Source: Gemmatimonas sp. (lineage in GTDB: Bacteria > Gemmatimonadota > Gemmatimonadetes > Gemmatimonadales > Gemmatimonadaceae). From it: a stretch of 64,000 nt of DNA. The position numbers and the translations under genes were made by a program. The stretch covers positions 21,675 to 85,674 of the forward strand of contig PNKL01000006.1 of the NCBI GenBank assembly GCA_013822425.1, given 5' to 3'. How positions within the stretch are numbered: position 1 is the stretch's first letter; every line of letters starts with the position of its first letter. This document shows positions 8,382-16,858 of this stretch, one piece after another. Under the pieces are notes generated by a model. The model saw nothing but the letters and a program-made list of their open reading frames with translations, did not search any database and was not told the DNA's origin.

Positions 8382-9240
8382 GAGCGCCACCGTGCGCGAT
8401 TTGACGAGCCACCGTGAGCCGATGGCCCTGACCCTCACGACGCCACGCGGCGATGTCCACCGCCTCGTCTATGCCTTCGATCGCACCAGTCCGGTGCAGC
8501 ACGCCATGCGGACCCTGGTCGACGCGGGCGAGTTCTACGAACCGGAAACGACCATCCTGCTTGCCTCGGTGCTCAAGCCCGGCGACACGTTCGTGGACGT
8601 CGGCGCGCACGTGGGCTACTTCACGGTCCTCGCCGCCGCGCTCGTGGGTTCCGCCGGCCAGGTGGTGAGTTTCGAGCCCGAGCCCGGCAACTACGCGCAG
8701 CTGGTCGAGCACATCCGCCTGAACGGCTACTCACAGGTGCTGCCGATTCATTGTGCCGCGGGCGTCGTGGAGGGTGTGCGCGATCTGCACTGCAATGCGG
8801 ACAACGATGGCGGGCATGCCCTCTGGGACGTGCGGCGCCATCCGTACAACCAGCGTTCGCGTGCGGCCCCGCGCACGCATGCCGTCTTCGTGTCGACGCT
8901 CGACCGCGTGCTCGGGAACGTCGCGACCGGGCGCATCAAGGCCATCAAGATCGACGTCGAGGGCAACGAGCACGACGTGCTCCGGGGCGCCAGGCAGATG
9001 CTCGAGCGGCATTGCGTGCCCTTCGTGATCGCGGAGGTGAACCGCATGGGGCTCGAGCAGGCCGGGTCGAGTCAGGCCGCTCTTCGCGCGTTCATGACCA
9101 TGCTTGGCTACGAATGCTGGCTGCTGCAAACCGCCGAACCGCAGCTGGTGCGAGTCGAGGCCGGCCAGGAAGTCGTGACCACGGACGGTGACGGCGTGTT
9201 CAATCTGCTCTTTCGCCGCCCCGGGGCCGTCATCGGCTGA
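8374..9240 (+). CDS. FkbM-family SAM-dependent methyltransferase
   Basis: GDTFVDVGAHVGYFTVLAA...VVSFEPEP.NY..L...I..N...IKIDVEGNEHDVLRG. The ATG overlaps the upstream stop (ATGTCTGA), suggesting translational coupling to the TPR/GT gene. Confidence 0.85.
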   Translation: MSESATVRDLTSHREPMALTLTTPRGDVHRLVYAFDRTSPVQHAMRTLVDAGEFYEPETTILLASVLKPGDTFVDVGAHVGYFTVLAAALVGSAGQVVSFEPEPGNYAQLVEHIRLNGYSQVLPIHCAAGVVEGVRDLHCNADNDGGHALWDVRRHPYNQRSRAAPRTHAVFVSTLDRVLGNVATGRIKAIKIDVEGNEHDVLRGARQMLERHCVPFVIAEVNRMGLEQAGSSQAALRAFMTMLGYECWLLQTAEPQLVRVEAGQEVVTTDGDGVFNLLFRRPGAVIG

Positions 9241-9256
9241 TTCTTGCTTGCCCCGC

Positions 9257-9283
9257 TAAAGTCGGGAGCGGTCGGCTCGATAC
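9257..9283 (+). promoter_or_regulatory. Sigma28 (FliA)-type promoter of the flagellin gene
   Basis: TAAAGTCG-N11-CTCGATAC against the consensus TAAAGTTT-N11-GCCGATAA. It lies ~80 nt upstream of the fliC ATG. Confidence 0.6.
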
Positions 9284-9319
9284 TGAACTCTGAGCCAGCG
9301 ACACCAAGGCCGCTGGCCT

Positions 9320-9339
9320 CGGGGGAACGGAATCCTCCG
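9320..9339 (+). promoter_or_regulatory. Candidate CsrA-binding hairpin (GGA in loop) in the fliC 5' leader
   Basis: CGGGGG/AACGGAAT/CCTCCG forms a 6-bp stem (one G-U pair) with an 8-nt loop presenting ACGGA. A second GGA lies inside the SD AAGGAG at 9352-9357. Confidence 0.4.
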
Positions 9340-9363
9340 CGTACCACCACCAAGGAGCAGGTC

Positions 9364-10479
9364 ATGCGGATCAACACCAACGTGAGCGCCCTCGGAGCCG
9401 CTCGCAACCTCGGAACCGTGCAGAGCAGCATCGCAAAGTCGAGCGAGAAGCTGTCGTCCGGCTTCCGGATCAACCGTGCCTCCGACGACGCCGCCGGGCT
9501 TGGCGTCGCCAACACGTTCGCCAGCGACATTCGGGCGTACACGCAGGCGTCGTCCAACGCCGAGCAGGCGCAGGCGGTGTTCAACATCGCCGAAGGCGCC
9601 GCAGGATCGGTCGTGTCGCTGCTGCAGCGCATGAAGGAACTCGCGGTGCAGGCGGCGTCGGACACCGTCGACAGCAACGCCCGGGCCCGCGCGAACGACG
9701 AGTACGTCGCGCTCTACAACGAAATGGACCGGACGATCGACACGTCGAAGTTCCAGGGCAGCGTGATCATGGACGGTACGTTCGGCAAGACGGCCGGCGC
9801 GACGTCGGCGACGTTCGCGTCCGTCGGCATCTACTCCGTGACGCAGTCCTCGACGGCGACGGCCGGGACGTACACCCTGCAGTCGGCCAGTGCCACGCAG
9901 GTCAAGCTGATCAACGCCACGACGGCGCAGACGCTGACCGTGGGCCTCAGCGCCGGCACCAACAACTCGCTGAACTTCTCGGTCTTCGGCATCACGGTGA
10001 ACACCGACAACGCGATCGCCATCGGCAATACGCAGCAGCTGACCGCGACGATTACGGCCGGCGCAGCCACTGGCAACGGCACGTTCCAGGTGGGTGCGTC
10101 GGGTTCGGGCGCGAGCGACACCATCGTCACCACCGCCTCGGACTTCGACCTGGCGACCTCGCAGGGCCTCGTCGCCGCGACCAGCGTGACCACGCTCGCC
10201 AATGCGTCCGCGGCCATCACCGTGCTGGACACGGCCATCAACACGTCGAGCAGCGTGCTTGGCAAGATCGGCGCCTACCAGAGCCGGGTCGGCTCGGCGC
10301 TCAACAACCTGAAGACGCTCATCCAGAACTACCAGGCGGCCGAGAGCGTGATCCGCGACGTCGACATGGCAACGGAAATGGTGAAGTTCTCGAAGAACCA
10401 GGTCCTTGCGCAGGCCGGCACGGCGGTGCTCGCGCAGGCGAACCAGGCAGGCCAGGGCATCCTGCAGTTGTTCCGGTAG
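9364..10479 (+). CDS. fliC: Flagellin
   Basis: MRINTNVSALGAARNLG...LSSGFRINRASDDAAGL..., C-terminal ...LAQANQAGQGILQLFR, and a Thr/Ser/Ala-rich central region. SD AAGGAG 6 nt upstream. The track ORF starts upstream at 9244. Confidence 0.95.
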   Translation: MRINTNVSALGAARNLGTVQSSIAKSSEKLSSGFRINRASDDAAGLGVANTFASDIRAYTQASSNAEQAQAVFNIAEGAAGSVVSLLQRMKELAVQAASDTVDSNARARANDEYVALYNEMDRTIDTSKFQGSVIMDGTFGKTAGATSATFASVGIYSVTQSSTATAGTYTLQSASATQVKLINATTAQTLTVGLSAGTNNSLNFSVFGITVNTDNAIAIGNTQQLTATITAGAATGNGTFQVGASGSGASDTIVTTASDFDLATSQGLVAATSVTTLANASAAITVLDTAINTSSSVLGKIGAYQSRVGSALNNLKTLIQNYQAAESVIRDVDMATEMVKFSKNQVLAQAGTAVLAQANQAGQGILQLFR

Positions 10480-10512
10480 TTGATGGGTTGGTGAGATCGT
10501 TGTTTCCGACGA

Positions 10513-10538
10513 CCCCGGAGCCGGCATCGGCTCCGGGG
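10513..10538 (+). terminator. GC-rich hairpin between fliC and fliD (terminator or attenuator; no U-tract)
   Basis: CCCCGGAGCCG-gcat-CGGCTCCGGGG, a perfect 11-bp stem, 34 nt after the fliC stop. Confidence 0.45.
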
Positions 10539-10572
10539 CGTCGGCATGGCGGGACAACCAGGGAGGGGCGGC

Positions 10573-13260
10573 GTGACGGGTCCAATCGGTACGATCAGCG
10601 GCCTGAGCAGCGGCATCCAGTGGCGCGACCTGATCGACCAGATCATGAACGCCGAACGGGCACGCACGCTCGACCCGGTCACGGCGCGCCAGGCCCAGCT
10701 GAACAGGCAGTCGGCGGCCTGGACGACCTTCCGTGGCCTGGCGGACAAGGTGCGCACCACGGCGGCGGCGCTGCGCGAGCAGACGTCGTTCGATGCGCTG
10801 TCCGCCTCGGCCACGCGGAGCGGCACGACCAGCCGGGATCTCGTGTCGGCCACGGCGGCCACCGGAGCGTCTCCCGGCTCCTACGGCGTGGAAGTGCTGG
10901 CTGTCGCGCGCGCCGAGAAGCTGGGCGGCTACTTCGTATCCGACAGCTCAGCCGCGCTGGGCATCAGCGGCTCGTTCGCGCTGAACGGCGTTTCGATCAC
11001 CATCGCCGCCGGCGACTCGCTGGTGGGCGTCCGTGACAAGATCAATGCCGCAAACACCGGGGCCGCCGCCAGCGGCGTCAGCGCCTCGATCATCTCGACG
11101 GCGGCCGGTGCGCATATCGTGCTCGCCAGCAGCGCCACGGGCGCGGCCGGCATTGACACGGTGGACGGCTCGACCGGCACGCTGCAGGCGCTCGGGTTCA
11201 TCGACGCGACCACCACGGCGAACATCGCCGCGTCGGGCGCCACGCAAACGAACCGCATGGCGAGTGCGACGGTCGCGATCGGGGCATCCCTCGGGCTCAC
11301 GATGCCGGCCGCCACGAGCATCAAGGTCGGCGGCGCGGTCGTTGCGGTCGACCTGTCGGTCGATTCGCTCACGACCATCGCCAACAAGATCAATACGGCG
11401 ACGGGCAACGCCACGGCAGCCAACGTGCAGTCGGAGACGATTGGCGGGAAGACCTCGTACCGGCTCGTCACGAATGCTACGGTTGCGACCGACGCCAGCA
11501 TCAACGCGGTTGACAGCGCGCGCGCCCTGGCGGTGCTTGGCTTCACCACGCCAGGGCACGCCGGTGTCACGCAGGTCCTCAAGAGCGCCAACACCTTTGT
11601 GGACGGCGGGACAGCGCTCAATGCGACCGGCGCGGCCCTGCTCACCGCACTCCAGACGAACGGCCAGTTGCTGGGCATCACGGCGACCGACACGGTCACG
11701 ATCACGGGCACCCGCGGCGACGGAACAACATTCACGGGGACTGTGGCGGTTGGTGCCGGCACCACGCTGCAGAACCTGGTTGACGCGGTGACTGCGGCCG
11801 GCGCCGGTGCCCGCGCGGCCACGGCTTCGCTGTCGGGCGGCCGCATCGTGCTGACCGACGGGACCAGTGGCGATTCGCAGCTCGCGCTGTCGCTGACCGT
11901 CACCAAGGCAGGCGGTGCGACCACGAGCCTCGGCGCATTCGCCACGGGGAACGGTGGCACCACGGGCGTCAGTCGCCAGCTGGCGGCCGGCATGGATGCC
12001 CAACTTCGCGTCGACGGTCAACTCGTGACGCGGGCATCGAATACGGTGTCCGATGCCATTGCGGGCGTCACGCTGAACGTGCTGGCCGCCGAACCGGGCA
12101 CGTCGGTCAACCTCTCGCTGGTCCGGGACGCCAACGTCATCGTACAGAAGGTCCAGGACTTCGTGGCCGCGTACAACGGCGTCAAGCAGTTCGTGGCGAC
12201 CTACACCGGCGAGTCGGGAACGTTTGCGCGCAATGGCGCCCTCAGGGCCATGAGTGCGGCGCTCACCAGCGGACTCCTGGGCAGCGTCACGGGCCTCACG
12301 GGCACCTTTACGACCGCTGCGGCCGCTGGCCTGCAGCACGACAAGGCGGGCACGCTCTCGCTGGACGTGACGAAGTTCGCCGGCTTCCTGCAGACGGACT
12401 TCGCCGGCGTGAAGAAAATATTCTCGATGACCGGCACGCCGAGTGACTCGGAGGTGATGTTCATCACCGCGAGCGCTGCCGCGAAGCCGACGACGTCGCC
12501 CTATGCGGTGACGATCACGCAGGCGGCGACACAGGCGGCGGTCACCGGAGCGATCTGGGCGACGTACGCCACGGCCGGGGCACCCGACACCATGACGGTG
12601 ACCGATGCGTCAACCGGGGCAGTGGGCGCCATCACGCTCGCCAATGGCGACGCGATCGCCACCACGGTGCAGAAGCTCAACTCGCTGTTCGCGACGACGA
12701 AGATGCAGCTGACGGCGACGGTGACCGGCGACAGCCGGGTGAAGATCACGGGGACGGGCTATGGCACGGGTGCCGGATTTACCGTGGCGTACACGCCCGG
12801 CGCCGGCGGCGACGGTACGGCAGCGCTCGGCATCTCCGCGCAGAGCTACACGGGCCTCGACGTCGCAGGGACGATCAACGGGGTAGCCGCGACCGGACTC
12901 GGCCAGTCGCTCACCGGCGCCGCAGGCGACGCCAGTGCCGGCATCGTGCTCCGGTACACGGGCACGACGGCGCGCGCCGCCGGCACGATTGCGTTGTCGG
13001 TCGGCGTTGGCGGTGCCCTCACCAGCGTGGCGACGGGCATTGCGGACGCGCTCACCGGCACCGCCACGCGTGCCGCCACCGACGCCACGGAGCAGGCCGT
13101 CAACCTGCGGGAACGCATTGCCGGGCTCCAGCGCCGCCTCGACATGCGGCGCGCCGCGCTTACCGCGCAGTTCCTGGCCATGGAATCGGCGCTCGCCAAG
13201 GCGCAGGCCGTGGGCGGCGCGCTCACGGCGCAGATCAACGGGCTTCAGAGAGACAAATGA
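10573..13260 (+). CDS. fliD: Filament cap protein FliD (HAP2), unusually long (~895 aa)
   Basis: N-terminus ..GTISGLSSGIQWRDLIDQIMNAERA... and C-terminus ...RIAGLQRRLDMRRAALTAQFLAMESALAKAQ... are the FliD N and C regions. GTG at 10573 follows GGGAGGGG. An alternative in-frame ATG lies at 10546. Confidence 0.85.
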   Translation: MTGPIGTISGLSSGIQWRDLIDQIMNAERARTLDPVTARQAQLNRQSAAWTTFRGLADKVRTTAAALREQTSFDALSASATRSGTTSRDLVSATAATGASPGSYGVEVLAVARAEKLGGYFVSDSSAALGISGSFALNGVSITIAAGDSLVGVRDKINAANTGAAASGVSASIISTAAGAHIVLASSATGAAGIDTVDGSTGTLQALGFIDATTTANIAASGATQTNRMASATVAIGASLGLTMPAATSIKVGGAVVAVDLSVDSLTTIANKINTATGNATAANVQSETIGGKTSYRLVTNATVATDASINAVDSARALAVLGFTTPGHAGVTQVLKSANTFVDGGTALNATGAALLTALQTNGQLLGITATDTVTITGTRGDGTTFTGTVAVGAGTTLQNLVDAVTAAGAGARAATASLSGGRIVLTDGTSGDSQLALSLTVTKAGGATTSLGAFATGNGGTTGVSRQLAAGMDAQLRVDGQLVTRASNTVSDAIAGVTLNVLAAEPGTSVNLSLVRDANVIVQKVQDFVAAYNGVKQFVATYTGESGTFARNGALRAMSAALTSGLLGSVTGLTGTFTTAAAAGLQHDKAGTLSLDVTKFAGFLQTDFAGVKKIFSMTGTPSDSEVMFITASAAAKPTTSPYAVTITQAATQAAVTGAIWATYATAGAPDTMTVTDASTGAVGAITLANGDAIATTVQKLNSLFATTKMQLTATVTGDSRVKITGTGYGTGAGFTVAYTPGAGGDGTAALGISAQSYTGLDVAGTINGVAATGLGQSLTGAAGDASAGIVLRYTGTTARAAGTIALSVGVGGALTSVATGIADALTGTATRAATDATEQAVNLRERIAGLQRRLDMRRAALTAQFLAMESALAKAQAVGGALTAQINGLQRDK

Positions 13261-13312
13261 CGGGACGATACTGGGAGCAGACCAACCACCTGCACCCCGG
13301 GGAGTACCTCGC

Positions 13313-13717
13313 GTGACCGTTTCCTATTCTGCGCGCGCGTATCGTGAAGCGGACGTCCTGGCCGCGTCACCCAGCCGTCTCGTGGTCATCACGTATGACG
13401 GCATGATCTCGTCTCTCCTGCGGGCGCGGGCCGGCATCGTGGCCGGCAATCTCGAGGTCACGCTGCCCGCCCTCGACAAGGCACGGGCGTTCGTGGCTGA
13501 ACTGCTGGCGGCCCTGGACCGCGGAAAGGGCGGTGAACTGGCCGGCAACCTGGCCAGCATCTACGTGTTCGTGCTCGTCGAATTGCAGACGATGACGAAG
13601 AGCCGCAACGTCCAGCGACTTGACACGCTCATCGAACTGATGCGGGAGCTGCGCGAGGCCTTCGCCACGATCGCGGAAGACGCGGCGAAGGAACCCTCGC
13701 GCAGCGCCGTCGCGTGA
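13313..13717 (+). CDS. fliS: Flagellin-specific chaperone FliS
   Basis: VSYSARAYREADVLAASPSRLVVITYDGMISSL...LASIYVFVLVEL... GTG start preceded by GGGGAG. The track ORF 12935..13717 has a spurious N-terminal extension. Confidence 0.85.
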   Translation: MTVSYSARAYREADVLAASPSRLVVITYDGMISSLLRARAGIVAGNLEVTLPALDKARAFVAELLAALDRGKGGELAGNLASIYVFVLVELQTMTKSRNVQRLDTLIELMRELREAFATIAEDAAKEPSRSAVA

Positions 13718-14079
13718 TCTGCAGCCCGAAGGACGCCATCGACCGGCTTGGCGACCTGGCCAGCCTCTTCGAGCACGCCCGGCAGCATGCACAAAGCGAC
13801 TCCGTCGCGCTGTCGGAGATGCTCGACCAGGCGCAACGCATGCTTGAGGACATCGCCCCGGCCGCGGCCGCCGCACGCAACACGCCGCACGAGGCGGCGG
13901 TGCTGCAGGCCGCGCTGCGGGCGAAGGACAGCCACTCGGCGCTCGTCGGCGAGATCGGTTTCGGGGTGGCCAAGCTTGCCGGTGAACTCCGGCAACTGAC
14001 CGCCGGGGCGCAGGCCACCGACCGCTACCTGCCGGCGGCGACGGGCGTGCAGGTACGACCCATGAATCGGGTCGGCTGA
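13714..14079 (+). CDS. Hypothetical helical protein in the fliT position (fliD-fliS-X)
   Basis: GTGA overlap with the fliS stop. 121 aa, helical, Ala/Gln/Leu-rich. Any FliT-like role is inferred from position only. Confidence 0.5.
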   Translation: MICSPKDAIDRLGDLASLFEHARQHAQSDSVALSEMLDQAQRMLEDIAPAAAAARNTPHEAAVLQAALRAKDSHSALVGEIGFGVAKLAGELRQLTAGAQATDRYLPAATGVQVRPMNRVG

Positions 14080-14120
14080 GGATCGCCGGGGCGCCGCCGT
14101 CCCACCGGCCCGGCTGGATA

Positions 14121-15110
14121 TCACGCCGCCGCGATTGCCCGCTGCCGCCGCCGGTACTTCTTCTTCGCGCGAGCGACCGCGTCCGCCGCACCGGCACGGA
14201 ACGCCGCCGGCGAGAAACGCGTCATCGCCGTGTGACGCGCGGCATCTCCCATGGTGCGGGCCAGCGTGGCGTCAGCGAGCAACGCCTCGGCATACGCCCG
14301 GGCGTCGCCCGGCGAGGCGGCCAGAAACCCGTCGACGCCGTGCGTGAGTGGTGAGGTGGGGTGGGCATTCGACACCACCGGCAGCCCGGCCGCCATGGCC
14401 TCCACCATCGCCATGTTGTAGCCGTCCTCGAAGTGCGGATCAGCGGTGTGGACGAAAAAGCGGTGTTCCGCGAAGTGGCGCTTGAGTTCGTCCCAGTCGC
14501 GGGCGGGCTCGATTCCCATGTCCGGGTTTCTTCCCACAATCGTGACCGGAAGGGCGGCGAACGCTTCTTCATGGAACGACCAGTTGAGGAAGACCCGCTT
14601 TGCGCTGATATCGTTGGCAACGCGCAGCCCGGCGGCTCGCGTCTGCCGTGGGGTGAGGTAGTCCGACGGATCCGCGCTGAACAGCAAAGGCCGGCCGTTC
14701 ACTCCCCATGACGCTCCCTTGGCGTTCGAAACCGCAACCGCGTGCGCGCCGATCATGCCGAGGTAGGCGCGCAAACGGTCAATCATGTCCTGCCGGTCAA
14801 ACGTCGCGCCCTGCTGTGCCATACGCCCGTCGAGCACGTCGTGCACGATAAGCAGGTGGGGTGCCGCGATCGGCGCCGTGTCAAGCAGGTCAGTGATGTT
14901 GTGGCAGACGACCGCATCCCACGTTGACCCCGGAAGTGCAAGTGCATCAAACAGTTGGAGCGTTTGCGCACGAGGTGGCAACGGCCGCATCCGCGTGTCC
15001 CATCCAGCGACGGCCCGACCCGGCAAATCGACGACAATGTCGAGGTCGGCATCGAGGAGGCGGAGCTGGTAGATCCAGGCTTCATGGCAGTTGAGGACAA
15101 GCAGGCGCAT
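14121..15110 (-). CDS. GT4/GT1-family glycosyltransferase
   Basis: The C-terminal FFVHTADPHFEDGYNMAMVEAMAAGLPVVSNAHPTSPLTHGVDGFL is the GT-B E-x7-E region. The start was chosen at MRLLVLNCHEAW. The track ORF extends to 15305, across the neighbouring gene start. Confidence 0.75.
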   Translation of the reverse strand: MRLLVLNCHEAWIYQLRLLDADLDIVVDLPGRAVAGWDTRMRPLPPRAQTLQLFDALALPGSTWDAVVCHNITDLLDTAPIAAPHLLIVHDVLDGRMAQQGATFDRQDMIDRLRAYLGMIGAHAVAVSNAKGASWGVNGRPLLFSADPSDYLTPRQTRAAGLRVANDISAKRVFLNWSFHEEAFAALPVTIVGRNPDMGIEPARDWDELKRHFAEHRFFVHTADPHFEDGYNMAMVEAMAAGLPVVSNAHPTSPLTHGVDGFLAASPGDARAYAEALLADATLARTMGDAARHTAMTRFSPAAFRAGAADAVARAKKKYRRRQRAIAAA

Positions 15111-15141
15111 GGGTTTTCGTCGGAACTTGCATGGAATTGGA

Positions 15142-15162
15142 GCCCGGCAACTGTTGCCGGGC
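15142..15162. promoter_or_regulatory. Perfect palindrome in a divergent intergenic region (candidate operator)
   Basis: GCCCGGCAA-ctg-TTGCCGGGC, located between the GT4 gene start (15110) and the sigma54-activator gene start (15241). Confidence 0.3.
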
Positions 15163-15240
15163 ACGATTCTGGCATCCATACTCCATGTGCAAGCTCCGGA
15201 CCCGCAACCTGAAATCAGCCCCGTATCCTTCCGCTGAGCC

Positions 15241-16812
15241 ATGGCCTCGATTCTGTACGTTGACGACGATGCATCGATTGGGCTGATCATAGAAGACACG
15301 CTCACGCGCGCCGGGCATCAGTCCGTGGGGGCGCGAAGCGTTCCCGAGGCCCTGCAGGTGCTGGCTCGTGGTGGGGTGGACCTGATCATCTCGGACTACC
15401 GCATGCCTGGACTGACGGGACTCGAGTTCATGAGCATCCTGGCCAACGACGGGTGCGATGTCCCGGTGATCATGCTCACCGGCTATGCGAGCATCGAACA
15501 CGCGGTGGCCAGCATCAAGGCCGGCGCCATCGACTACATCGCCAAGCCGATCCGGCCGCAGCAGCTGGAACTGGCTGTCGACCAGGCGCTGGAGTACGTC
15601 CGGCTCCGCCGCGAGAACGAGGATCTTCGCCGCGAAGTGATGGAGTTCCGCAGCGAACGGCAGATCATCGGCGAGTCGACGGCAATGCGCCGGGTCCTCC
15701 AGACGGTGTCGATGGCCGCCCCCACACGGGCCACGGTTCTGCTGCAGGGGGAAAGCGGCACTGGCAAGGAACTGTTTGCGCGTGCCCTGCACAACCAGAG
15801 CGACCGGCGCGACAAGCCGTTCATTCAGCTCAATTGCGCGGCGCTGCCGGAGGGGCTTATCGAAAGTGCCCTCTTCGGCCACGAGCGGGGCGCCTTCACG
15901 GGAGCGGTGAAGCGGGTCGAGGGGGCGTTCGAACGCGCCCACGGGGGCACCCTCCTGCTCGACGAAGTCAGCGAAATGCGCCTGGACCTCCAGGCCAAGC
16001 TGCTCCGGGTACTGCAGGAACAGGAGTTCGATCGTGTTGGCGGGACGACACCGGTGCGCGTCGACGTGCGGATCATCGCGACGACCAATCGGGATCTCGC
16101 GAGCGACGTGGAGGCAGGAACGTTTCGGCGCGACCTCTACTACAGACTGGGCGTGATCCCCATCTGTATTCCGCCGCTCCGCGAGCGAGCGGACGACATT
16201 GCCGTCCTTGCCCAGCGCTTCGCCATCAAATTCGGGACCGAGCTTGGCAAGGAGGTCCAGGGATTGGCGCCGGCGGCGATCGAGCTGCTGCAATCGCAGT
16301 CGTGGCCGGGCAATGTGCGCGAGTTGCAGCACGCGGTCGAACGCGCGGTGATCTTCTCGAATCAGCCGATCATCCCGGCCTACGCCTTTGAGACGGCGCG
16401 GTACGGGCTCACGCCGGCATCCGGCGTCGGCGCCGTTCCGGCAATCGCGACGGGGCGGCCCACGCCGCCCGCAGTGATCTCGTTCCAGCCGCCGCTTCCG
16501 CTGCTTGGGTCAGGGGAGGCGGCGGAGGAGGCACCGTTCGATAAAGCAGTCGTTCGATACTCGTCCACCGACTTGCCGGCGACGCCGTTCGCGCCGGATG
16601 CGCCAACCCCGTACAGCCAGCCGAGAAACGCGCCGGCCAGCGGGGCGGGAGCGCAATCGGAGCTGGTGCTGACCACCTTCAGCGTGGCGGACGCGGAGAG
16701 CCTGCTCATCGCGCGCGCTCTGCAGGCAGCCGGCGGCAACCGCACGCGCGCGGCCGGCCTCCTGGGCATCAGTGTGCGCACCCTGCGCAACAAACTCAAC
16801 TCGCCGGGCTAG
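15241..16812 (+). CDS. NtrC-family sigma54-dependent response regulator (FleR/FlrC-like flagellar activator candidate)
   Basis: REC domain (VDDD...SDYRMPGLTG...AKP). AAA+ sigma54-interaction domain (GESGTGKE, ERGAFTGAV = GAFTGA loop). A ~100-aa Pro/Ala-rich linker. C-terminal Fis-type HTH (AAGLLGISVRTLRNKL). Confidence 0.9.
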   Translation: MASILYVDDDASIGLIIEDTLTRAGHQSVGARSVPEALQVLARGGVDLIISDYRMPGLTGLEFMSILANDGCDVPVIMLTGYASIEHAVASIKAGAIDYIAKPIRPQQLELAVDQALEYVRLRRENEDLRREVMEFRSERQIIGESTAMRRVLQTVSMAAPTRATVLLQGESGTGKELFARALHNQSDRRDKPFIQLNCAALPEGLIESALFGHERGAFTGAVKRVEGAFERAHGGTLLLDEVSEMRLDLQAKLLRVLQEQEFDRVGGTTPVRVDVRIIATTNRDLASDVEAGTFRRDLYYRLGVIPICIPPLRERADDIAVLAQRFAIKFGTELGKEVQGLAPAAIELLQSQSWPGNVRELQHAVERAVIFSNQPIIPAYAFETARYGLTPASGVGAVPAIATGRPTPPAVISFQPPLPLLGSGEAAEEAPFDKAVVRYSSTDLPATPFAPDAPTPYSQPRNAPASGAGAQSELVLTTFSVADAESLLIARALQAAGGNRTRAAGLLGISVRTLRNKLNSPG

Positions 16813-16858
16813 CGCCGAAGCCGCGATCGGTTCCTGACCACCCCAACGCGTCCATTCC

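Noticed and set aside
9256-12339. Long minus-strand ORFs (9256..10557, 10929..11993, 10948..12339) antisense to fliC and fliD
   Set aside because: Stop-poor antisense frames are expected at this GC content. The products are Arg/Gly/Asp-rich or Ala/Val/Pro-rich with no domain signatures. fliC and fliD on the plus strand are unambiguous.
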